A DNA stretch of 63,151 nt, filler included, from Kipferlia bialata (Eukaryota): assembly GCA_003568945.1 (NCBI GenBank). It is 4 parts of 4 records of this genome, joined end to end, with 100 filler letters (N's around TTAATTAATTAA, not from the genome) between each part and the next. Parts side by side here need not be neighbours in the genome. Positions count along the whole stretch, not along the records: positions 1 to 15,725 come from BDIP01000675.1; 3 more parts are not named here. One strand, 5' to 3'. How positions within the stretch are numbered: the stretch's first letter is position 1; every line of letters begins with the position of its first letter. Below the pieces are notes generated by a model that searched no databases, had not been told where the DNA came from, and saw only the letters and a program-made list of their open reading frames with translations. A program made the translations under genes and the position numbers. Shown piece after piece: positions 1-10,239 of this stretch.

Positions 1-53
1 ATTTATATTTTTTCAGTTTCCCCCCCCCCCCCCCCCCCCCTCCTGACCCCCAG

Positions 54-2456
54 TCTCCTCAGGCGGTGGAGACGTGTTGTGGAGTCCACCCCCTATGACA
101 CCCCAGAGAGTGTGGGCCCCACCCTGGCCACCCCCTCCTCTGTTTACACTGTCATCAATACAGTCAGACAGGCACCAGCAGTGGCACTGCCAGCCCCTGC
201 CTCCCCTCTGCTGCTGGGGGAGTCCATTCCCACATCCCTCACAAAGTGGCACTCACAGGTACGCTATGGCATTGGTATCTGAAGCATTCTGTATATTCCA
301 GTGTCTATTTGTAACCCCCTCCCCACCCCCAGGTCCTGACCCTGTGTTTCTCCATGCTGAGCCCCTTCTCTGAGGTCAACGCCTCCTCTGCCACCCCTGT
401 CTCCCTATGCTCCGTACCCGACACCCCCCCTTCATCTCTGGCCACAGACACCCCACCCCACACCTCCACCATCAACAGCCATCTGGACGTGCTGGGCAAG
501 AGGCTGTTCAGACTGACCCAGAAGCAGGTTCGGATACTCACACTGGTGCTGATAACGTATGATACATGTATATATGATACTCTCTCTATAGATATGTGCT
601 TGGTGTTCAGACTGACCCAGAAGCAGTGGGGATACAATGTGTGTGAAGTATACTCCATGCGTATATGTGAACCTCTTCCATTTCTCTACCCCTAGATCAT
701 GGCCAAGTGCGTCACCCTGGCCCTCTCTGTCTCTGACACCGATGCCGAGTCTCCCACCAACCCCTGCCTGTCCTTTGTCAATACCCAGCTGGCACCGGAT
801 AGGGTACTGGGCCTAGTGGACACCCTGCTCAAGCAGAGACAGGAGAGTGGCACTGAGACACCGGCCAAGGGGGACACACCCATGTCAAGTAATGCAGAGG
901 GAGAGGGGGCTACTTCCAAGAGTATAGTGGGCCACCCCAGCCTGTCTGTTGCAGTGCAGGATGCCCTGGCTGTCAAGGGACCACTATCCCCTGCCCTCAC
1001 TGCATCTCTCATCAGTGGGATGGAGGGTGCCAATGCCGATGGTGCCCCTAAAAACCCTACCCTTAGCCATGTACTGGCAGACAGGATCATATGTGCCAAG
1101 GCCCGTATCCTGCTCACTGGCCTGTCTGACGCTGCCACGAGGCTCAAGGTACTTGGTGCTTGGTTATGTGTATATATACCTCTACAATGCACATACATAC
1201 TGACCTTCCCCCCCTCCGCTATCTCCCCCCACCCCCAGCGTGTACTATCCACCTACCAGGCCAAGGTGGTCCAGGCCAGGAGGGATGCACTGAAGGCAAA
1301 GGGGGAGGGGGAGGGAGAGGGTGACAAGGATGGTGACACTCTACCCCAGAAGGCAGAGGATGGCCCCACTGTCCTAGACATGTGCCGACCCTTGCTTGAT
1401 AGGATGGCAGAGGCAGAGGCTGCCCTAGGAGGTATCTTGGGTGTGGGGGAGAAGGAGAGGGAGACAGACCGAGACCTTGCTGGGTGTGTGCTGTCTCTCT
1501 CCTGTGACAGTGCTGTGTGTGACAAGGACAGGGCTCTGTGCGGAGGGGTGGAGAGAGACACCCCGGGTGCCCTGCCCTCTGTACCCAAGGCACCCAAGGC
1601 CAAGAGGCAGGCCAGACGCTCCGCTGCACCCTCTTCCTCGGCCTCAGGGGCCTCTCTCACTGGTATGCTCACTGTGCCTGAGTTACAGGCCGAGGAGGCC
1701 AAGGCCCTGGAGCTCTACCAGGACACGGGAGGGATGGCTGCCCCTCTATATGGTGTGCTATTTGCTAGACAGAGGCTGTCTGTGACTAGGTTTGTGGACA
1801 CCATGATCACAGCCGACCCCAAGCATCCCCCCAAGACACTGCCAGAGGGTGGGAGCCGCATGGTGACTGCTGATGCCATTCTGTTCAAGGAGAGCATGGG
1901 GTGGGAGGCACCAGAGGATGAGGGGAAGGGGGAGGAGATGAGTGACAGCATCAGTGAGATCAGTGGCCCAGAGCCAGAGCCTGAGATGGAGGCAGAGGCT
2001 GAGGTCACCAAGGGATGTGTCGATGCTGAGGAGGCCCAGCCCCCCACTGAGGCTGTCCCTGATACTGATGATAGTACCAAGGGTGACACTGTCATGACTG
2101 TTGATGCCCCATCCCTGGTGGACCCCACTCTGTCTGCCCCTGACAGTGTATGCATCTCCCCCATGGCTGAGCCTCCTGTGTCTGCCCCTGTCGAAGAGGA
2201 GAAGATGGGGGAGGAGTCTCCCATATCTGAGCCAGAGGCCCCTCCCTTAGCCACTGACAGTGTCAAGGCAGAGACCGAGGCCTCAGATGCCCCTCTCCCC
2301 ACTGAGACTGCCCCTTCCACTGGAGATGGCCCTACCCCTGACTCCCCCTTCATGCCTAGTCCTAGTGATGAGTCTAAGGCACTCTGCGACGACCCCTCCA
2401 GCCCATCTGATGAGTCCAAGGCACTCGATGAGGTGCATATGGGTGGGCAGATGTAG
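54..2456 (+). CDS. Hypothetical protein, 5'-partial, spliced (exons ~54-258, 333-527, 696-1148, 1239-2456), with an acidic low-complexity C-terminus
   Basis: GT..AG introns join ORFs 79-282, 354-695 and 699-2456 in one frame (..KWHSQ|VLTLCFSM..QKQ|IMAK..RLK|RVLS..). TAG at 2454-2456. No family motif recognised. Confidence 0.75.
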
Positions 2457-2704
2457 GCATAGGTGGCTTGTAGGCCTAATAGACTCAGTGTGGGGATCTA
2501 GCGAGTAACATTTAGTTGTTATTCTTTAACATCATTTATTGCTAAAATAGGCCTAGAATCCATACACCAGATAAGTTTTAAGTTTAAGTTTAAGGAATCC
2601 ATACACCTGGCATTCATCACCGGTGCATCTTTCCACCTCTCGGACGTCACTGAAGACCATTTACCTCGCGTATTAAACACTCTGGCACCACACCCCGTGT
2701 CGCC

Positions 2705-3375
2705 ATGTCCGACGGGTACTCCTCCGAGGAGCAGTGCCCTCCCGAGGTTGTGTTTGAGTATGCAGACGCTCCACCTGTGAGTGAGGAGGAGGCCTACCGC
2801 AAGTACAAGTGAGTGCCACCCTTACTCTATCCCCACATGCGTTATCACTGCTCTTATTGTTGTTTTGTGGCTGGTGGTATCGGTGTATATGTGCAGGGGG
2901 GCGCAGGGTGCGATGTGTGCTTTGCCACCACCCTACTCTATGTGTGACTGACCCCAGGCTCTTCCGCATCCTGGTCCTGGTGTACTCTGGGGCTGTCTGG
3001 CTCGATGGATATTGTATCAACCTCGTCTTCAGCACCCTGGAGATGCCGGGAATGGGATACGGACCCCACTTCACAGCCTTTGTACGTGGAATTCTGCATC
3101 TGTGTTACATATCGTTCATCCGTTCTAGGTCTCACCCTGTACCCCCCCCCCCCCCCCCCCCTCCACCCACTAGTCACTTCACTACAGACCTCTCTCTCTC
3201 CACCCTATTCACGTATTCACAACAGGTATGTATGTTATGCTCACCCTCTCGTTCTCCTTCTTTCTCTCTCTCCTTCTCTCTCTCTCTCTATATATATATG
3301 TATATTTGCAATAATTATATATATGAACTAAATACCTCATCCCCAGCCCTTAGTCAAGTGTGTCATGCTGGGGAA

Positions 3376-3413
<38 letters not shown>

Positions 3414-4485
3414 CTCTCTCTCCCTCTCTATACCCCTTCTCACATCTAGCCCTTAGTCAAGTGTGTCATGCTGGGCAACAATGCAGACCAGGTGGCATTG
3501 CTACAGAGACATAAGGGACTGAGTACCAACAGGTACAGCATACACACACTTTCAATACACCTCTCTATCTCCCTATATAAGTATATATATATATTACCTT
3601 GTTGCAGAGACACAAGGGACTCAGTACCAACAGGTACAGTACTCCAGTACATTAGTATATACATCTCTAGTACCAACAGGTACAGTACTAGTAATCCCAG
3701 TACACCAGTATATACCTCTCTCTCTCTCTCTCTATATATATATGTATATGTATACATTACCGTGTTGCAGAGATACAAGGGACTAAGCACTAATAGGTAC
3801 AGTGCATGTTTGCCGATCTGCAATACTCCTGCTCTGTCTGCCTCTCTGTCTCTTTCTCCTTTGACATTTCTACATATATGAACTATTCTTCCCTGCGGCT
3901 TCGGCTCTTTCTGACGCAGCATCTCTCTTACCCCCTACCAAAGTCCATTGGATCTCTCTCTGTCTCTCTCCTTCTCCTCTATCATACCCAGTAATCCTCC
4001 TGATCTCTTTGAGACCTACACTAGATCTCTCCCCCCCTCTCTCTCTCCCTCTTCCTCCTTATGTAACTCAGCAATTCCCCTGATCTCTTTGAGACCTGAC
4101 TCTCTCTCTCTCTCTCTCTCTCTGTTTCTCTCTCTCCGTGTGTGTATGATATACATATCTTACCCAGTAACCCCCCCGATCTCTTTGAGACCTATGAGAG
4201 CACCATGGATATAGACCCACATGGACAAGTGAGATACTCAGTCTGGATCACAGGCACGTACACATAGACATGTATATATATATATATACATGTATACGTA
4301 TATGTAGTGTATTGTATACTCAGTGTGGATCACAGGTATGATCCATCTGTCTCCTACTGTGATAGACGGTGTCTATTCTGATGTGCAGTAGTCTTTACCT
4401 CTCTCCCCTCCCCCCCTCTCTCTCTGTCCCTCTCTATATATTTGAGCCTCACCTATTATCGAGGACTAGAGACACCCTCTCTCAT

Positions 4486-4518
<33 letters not shown>

Positions 4519-5155
4519 ATACTAGTGTTCTGATCCTCAGCCAGTGACGAGGACTATGACAGGCTGCGTCCCCTTAGCTACCCAGCCACAGATGTGTTCA
4601 TGATCCTATACTCCTTAGATAACCCGGTATGTATGATTTGTATATATGTGTATAGCACATAAATATATTTCTTCGGCCACAAATACACAAGTCTTGTTTT
4701 ATCGGTATTCTGTATGTTTCCCATAATCACCCGTATATACATATATATGTTTTACCTCTACTAGCCAAACAGGTAGAGACTCTCTCTCCTTCCCTCGTTT
4801 TGCCCCCCCCCCTCACCATTCTCCAACAACATATTGCTTTCTCTCTCTCTGATCCCAGGCCTCTCTGGATGAGATCACTCAGAGATGGTACCGGGAGGTG
4901 AGACACAGTATATATTATGTACACTGTGCTGTGTACTTGCATATATATACCTACTCTGTTTACTAGTGGAGTGATGACTAATGCCAGGTCCACTACCCGG
5001 GCACATCCATCTTGATGTCTCCCTCTCTCTCTCTCTCTCTTTCTCTCTCTAGAGTTGTAATGACATGTCCATCACCACTGTCCAGGCACCCCTATCCTGA
5101 TCTCTCTCTCTCTCTATATATNNNNNNNNNNNNNNNNNNNNNNNNNNNNTCCTGA

Positions 5156-5190
<35 letters not shown>

Positions 5191-6165
5191 TAGTGTTCAT
5201 ATATGTTGTTGTTGTAAAGAATAATTCAAGGTCCACCACCACTGCCCAGGCACCCCAGTTGTGATGGTGGGGGTGGGGGGGGAACTGAGGGGGGGGAACA
5301 GGTAGATGCAATATCACAAATACTTGTATGCAGCATATGCATATATATTTATTCTGTGTGTATTAATTACACCATGTATATGGGGGGTGGGGGCAGAGCT
5401 GAGGGGCGGGAACAGGTATATATACATGTATTCATACTATATATGCAGCATATATATATGTATAGTAATTATGCGCATATTCACTACACTGTATAATTGG
5501 TGGGGGCGGAACTGAGGGGGGAACAGGTATATGCAGTATTCTATTTCATTCTAGTCCGAGGGCAATCATTGCATGTGTGTATGGTAGTGATTGAATCTAT
5601 ATCTATGCGGAGGTTACTTACTGTGGCACCCTTGTCCCCGAGCGCAGGGTCTGGGACTAATATAACATAGTATTATAGTAATAGTATATTAGTATATGAT
5701 CACTAATACTAGCACCCTTGTCCCCGAGCGCAGGGTCTGGGACACCGCGCATGCCATAAACGCAAGACACTTCCTAGAGTGCTCCACAGCCACTGGGTCT
5801 GGTGTCAGTGAGGTGTTCAGGGGTGCAGTCAGAACGGGACTGGGACACGTCGAAGGTATGATAGTGTTATATATATATATGCAGAAGGTATGCAACAGAA
5901 AATATACTGCTGCTAAGAGTGCCACAGGTGTGTCAATCCTATCAGCCCTCCTCTCTCGTACCATATGTATGGGACATGTGGAATGTATGACAGTGCTCTG
6001 TACACATACAATATCCCAGATGCATATCCTGCATGTATTTGAGAGTATGTATTCTATATCATATGGCTGAAAGATCAGGGCTGGGACATGCAGAAGGTAT
6101 CGAAGAGTATAGAAGAGTATCTGCATTGTTGATTCTTTGCAGCTCAGAGGGCGCATGCTGTCTGA
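2705..6165 (+). CDS. Atypical Rho-family small GTPase-like protein with N-terminal extension (exons 2705-2808, 2958-3081, 3450-3532, 4168-4253, 4541-4626, 4859-4897, 5231-5301, 5713-5855, 6143-6165)
   Basis: Spliced translation contains [58 protein letters not shown] and [16 protein letters not shown], collinear with Rho/Rac/Cdc42. Exon phases are consistent if the intron at 4254 uses a GC donor. Confidence 0.85.
3340..6100 (+). repeat. Junction-copy arrays in introns of the Rho-like gene
   Basis: Copies of exon ends/starts with splice dinucleotides at ~3346, 3601, 3668, 3765, 3985, 4066, 4316, 4985, 5067, 5381, 5499, 5626 and 6079. Confidence 0.9.
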
Positions 6166-6771
6166 CAATACTCCTCCTTCTATGATGTTCTGATTCATGG
6201 CTGGTTCTCTTTACCACTCTTATGTTACTCCTATCCAGTGTGTGACTGTATATATCACTGATGGTATAATTGTGCTTGTTATCACTTTCGTACAACCACT
6301 AACCCAGCCCCAAATGACAATGCCTATTTTGAGTGGTGGTACCATGTTACTTGTGACATAACTAACTACCGTGTATACTAGTACTTAGCACACACTAACA
6401 CAGCCCCCAAGGACAACGATAACTGTCTAGCAATGTAGACAACACACCGGCCACTGAGGATACAGATTGTGATACCTCAGTCATTCAGCTACCTGTATTG
6501 TGGGTACCCTTCAGGTATATATATATTCAAATACTATATGCTGCGGTACACACACTTCACACCAGTCCCAATCTCCACATTGACAGACTTGCTATGTTCT
6601 ATTCACTGTATCTCTGTGTTTCCAACTGAAGGGGTGTCTGGGCGAGATACTTAGTGTGTGTCTACGTCTTCTATGTGGATGGGTCTTAATGGTTGGTACT
6701 TAGTATGACATTAATTTCACGATAATGCTCTATTCACTCTGCGTCTCCTACCATAGGGATGAGCGAGATGC

Positions 6772-8047
6772 TCAGTATGACATGAACGACACTGAGTGTA
6801 GCTGCATGGCCACCCCAGGCCTGGCCCCCATCTTAAGAGCAAACTCCTGGGCCCTTGTGATCAGGGCATCGTCTGAGAGGAGAGCAGAGACCTACTGTCA
6901 GAGTGTGTATATATGCATATCTCTGTATGTATATATATGTCTGTGGCCCTGGTCTGCAGGGCATCGTCTGCAAGGAGGGCAGAGATCTGAGGTCAGAGTG
7001 TGTATATATTCATATCTCTGTATATATATATATATGTCTGTGGCCCTGGTCTGCAGGGCATCGTCTGAGAGGAGGGCAGAGACCTGACATCAATAGGAGT
7101 GAGAGATAGTGTGTGTGTGTGAGAGAGAGAGATGACAAGGAGGGCAGAGACCTGATGTCAGAGTATTTATATGCATGGCTATGTATGTATATGTATATGG
7201 CCATGGTCTGTGTGGCATCTGAGAGGAGGGCAGATACGAATATATATCTTCATGGCTGCTTTCTACTATCAGTGTCAAGAAGGTCCCATACTAGAATAGA
7301 CAGCTCCCGTTACTCAATCAGTTAGTGCATGTTACTTAAATTGACTATGTGCAACATACCATGTTAAGAATGTCATACATATGCATCAACCTAGTGAAAC
7401 GCGGGGGGGGGGGGGAGTGATACCTGAGTGTCCTAGTCAGGATAGCATCTCTCGTACATAGTAGTAGTACCAACTGATAACTGTACACAAACTATCCTAC
7501 ACACCTTATCAGTGTCGTAGTGCTCGTGCTCGTCGTGCCTCTCATGGGGCAGTATCGACACCCAGTAGTAGGGGTAGTCTCCCTCGCCAGACTTCACCAC
7601 ATACACTCCCTCAGGTACCTCCTTAGAGGCCCAGAGGTCCTCCCACTCTGCATCGTGTAAGTAGCTGATCTCCTCCTGCTGCAGCCATTGGTTGACCTGC
7701 TATTAGATACTATAAGGCTATTAGAGACATTGGTTGACCTGATAGTAGATACTAGGGAGAGGGAGAGGGAGATGCAGCTGAAGCAGCATTGGTTGACCTG
7801 GTAGTAGAGAGAGAGATTGAGAGGAAGATAGCATAAGATTGTCATTGGTTGACCTGGTAGTAGAGACTAGGGAGAGGGGGGGGGGTTAGGACAGGAGAGA
7901 CATGTATAAAGATATGTATAAAGACATGTACCAGAGCCATGAACTCCATTAGTCTCTCTAATGGCGATATGTTCTTGTGGCAGTATGTGGTACCTTCTCC
8001 TCTGATGCCTCCCACCCGATGACCAGGAATCCACCGTAGTTGGGCAT
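6772..8047 (-). CDS. Hypothetical ~121-aa protein (exons 8047-7994, 7696-7505, 6891-6772)
   Basis: ATG at 8047, two phase-0 GT-AG introns, open frame MPNYGGFLVIGWEASEEK|VNQW..DTDK|VSALL..FMSY*. Acceptor echoes sit upstream of exons 2 and 3. Confidence 0.7.
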
Positions 8048-8434
8048 ATATATATGCTCTAAAGGAGAGACAGAGATACTACTGCATATCTTGCTCAAGT
8101 AAGGAGAACCCTTTTCGAACAAAAACATCCGATTCAGTCATCTCAGATGAGTTACCTTGACCCCAGCCCAGAGGAAGTATAATATGGATGACAAACAAAA
8201 TTGACATTATGACCAACACTGCCATTGTCTATTGGAGAACGGACCGGTGTTATGTTCATCTGACCTATATCACTTGAGTGATGGTCTACGTGTATGCTGT
8301 ATTTAGGTGTAGACCTAAATAGATAGCCTCTTGTCCTACACGTTTTCCCATACCTCGTAGCACTGTCAGGTAGAACTCTCTAACACACAAACCATATCAC
8401 ACCACACTACCAACAGAGTCTAAAACACATACAT

Positions 8435-9934
8435 ATGCCTGAGAGTCCGGTTACAACCCTCCGTGATGTGTTGTACAGTCTGAATCAGCCTATACAGTAC
8501 CCTGCGCCTCCACCAAGGGTACACTCTAGTCTAACAAAAGTACAGTACCGACTATCCCATCTATCCCTAGACAAAGCCATTCCTGTCACTACTCACACAC
8601 AGGGGGACGGAATGTGGGAGGAACCGAAACCTGATGAGAGACTTGCTGGCAGAATCCGCCGCGCCTATGAGATGAATTGGGACGATGATACCCTAGCGCC
8701 TGCTCCCAGGAGCCCCACTCTGCCACTCCTTACCATCCGACCCGGCACCCCTCTCTACAAGCACTTGGTCTCTGGTCTCCCAAGTGATCTGAGGAGACGG
8801 GTCAAGAGAATACAAACACGCGACCGGTTTACAAACCGAGGGCGAGTCAGTCCAAGACCTCGTCGCGACTATGCACCTCAGGTATACCCACTCTATCACG
8901 GCACACCAGAGGAGTGGAGGGGGAGAGAGATAGCACTACATGGGTTTGACAGGGAACTGGTGGTGAGAGGGCAGGGCATCTACGCGACTACCGATGTTAG
9001 GACAGCAATGAGATACGCTGGTTTTCTGACGGTGCTGAGGGGTCTTGACGTGCCAAGCCTCGTTAAGAAGCCGACTAAGGGTGTCTGCGTGTATGACAGA
9101 CCCTGCGATGTTCAGTGCTTGGCTGTCATAGAGTTTCAACCGGACTGCACTCCAATATCCTCCCCAGAGCCACCACTGCGCTACAGCAACACGTGCCATC
9201 CTATCCAGTCACCGCTTCAAGGCGAAGAGTCTCGCACCAACCAGCTGTTGAGGAGCACCTCACCTCCCTCTCTTGGTGAGGATAGGAGTGGTGCTATGGT
9301 GTGCCTCGCCCACCACCTCATATGGCAGTGTCGGTGTACAGTGTACGGTGGGTTTGTCAGAGACTGGGTGATAAGGGGAGAGAGGGCCAATGACCTCGAT
9401 GCTCTACTACCAAGAGTCCCCGGTCTCAGTGAACGGGGTAGAGACAGTGTTGTCAGGTCTCTCGTAGAATGTGCCCATGGAATTGGTCTTGAGTTTTGTG
9501 GATCTCGCCACCAGCCAAACAGCTATCGTGTCTCCTTCTATACATCCAGAGGAGGGTACATCAACGTGGAGCTGGTTGACCCCCACCTTCGCACCCCTCC
9601 TCCCCACGTTGACTCCTCTGCTGGTAATGTAGCAGTGAGCACTGCTGGAATGCACAGGAAGGTAGAGGGCAGGGGTGACCTGGTGCCTCTTGCTACCTGT
9701 CTAGAACACATCAGAGCCAAGCAGTTTGTGTGCTACCTGGACTTCAAGCACAGGGACAACAGGGGTGCCCTTCACAGCAGAGTGGTGCGAAAGTACCTGG
9801 ACCGCGGGTGGACGCTGCTGAATGAGTTGCCTCGTGATCAGATGGAGGAACTGTACAGCAGCCCTGACTACACGACGTGGGAGGAGAGAGGGCAGGTGGG
9901 ATCATTCTTGACACGTTACAACACAGTCAACTGA
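8435..9934 (+). CDS. Intronless 499-aa fusion of a PARP-like (H-Y type) ADP-ribosyltransferase domain and a CCA/poly(A)-polymerase-like nucleotidyltransferase domain
   Basis: ART motifs LYHGT..I..HGF..GQGIYAT..A.RY..VYD..LAVIEF. NTase motifs VYGGFVRDW..NDLD, NVELVD, VDSSAGNV. Uninterrupted ORF. Confidence 0.75.
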   Translation: MPESPVTTLRDVLYSLNQPIQYPAPPPRVHSSLTKVQYRLSHLSLDKAIPVTTHTQGDGMWEEPKPDERLAGRIRRAYEMNWDDDTLAPAPRSPTLPLLTIRPGTPLYKHLVSGLPSDLRRRVKRIQTRDRFTNRGRVSPRPRRDYAPQVYPLYHGTPEEWRGREIALHGFDRELVVRGQGIYATTDVRTAMRYAGFLTVLRGLDVPSLVKKPTKGVCVYDRPCDVQCLAVIEFQPDCTPISSPEPPLRYSNTCHPIQSPLQGEESRTNQLLRSTSPPSLGEDRSGAMVCLAHHLIWQCRCTVYGGFVRDWVIRGERANDLDALLPRVPGLSERGRDSVVRSLVECAHGIGLEFCGSRHQPNSYRVSFYTSRGGYINVELVDPHLRTPPPHVDSSAGNVAVSTAGMHRKVEGRGDLVPLATCLEHIRAKQFVCYLDFKHRDNRGALHSRVVRKYLDRGWTLLNELPRDQMEELYSSPDYTTWEERGQVGSFLTRYNTVN

Positions 9935-10239
9935 ACAGACTCAGGTTGTGACTGATTTGGATAGAAGATACTGGGATTCAGTAGACTTTCTATGATATAA
10001 ATATGTGTATACTTCATATGCAATCAATAATCTATTGTCTTGTCTGCAGGGCATAGTCAGGAGAGAACAGACCAGGCTAAGGTAGCATTTACAATAACTA
10101 CCAATAATTTTGGTTATCATTACCTAAAGGAGACAGACAAACGATGTATACCGTTTAAGGCTGGACCATGCAGGTAGCTGTCTATTTGGTAATACTAATC
10201 AAAGTCGAGATGCAACACTAATAGAAATGAACACGGATA

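Noticed and set aside
6143..6185. CCLT-like sequence as a possible CAAX box for the Rho-like protein
   Set aside because: It is in a different frame from the phase-1 junction and is not followed directly by a stop.
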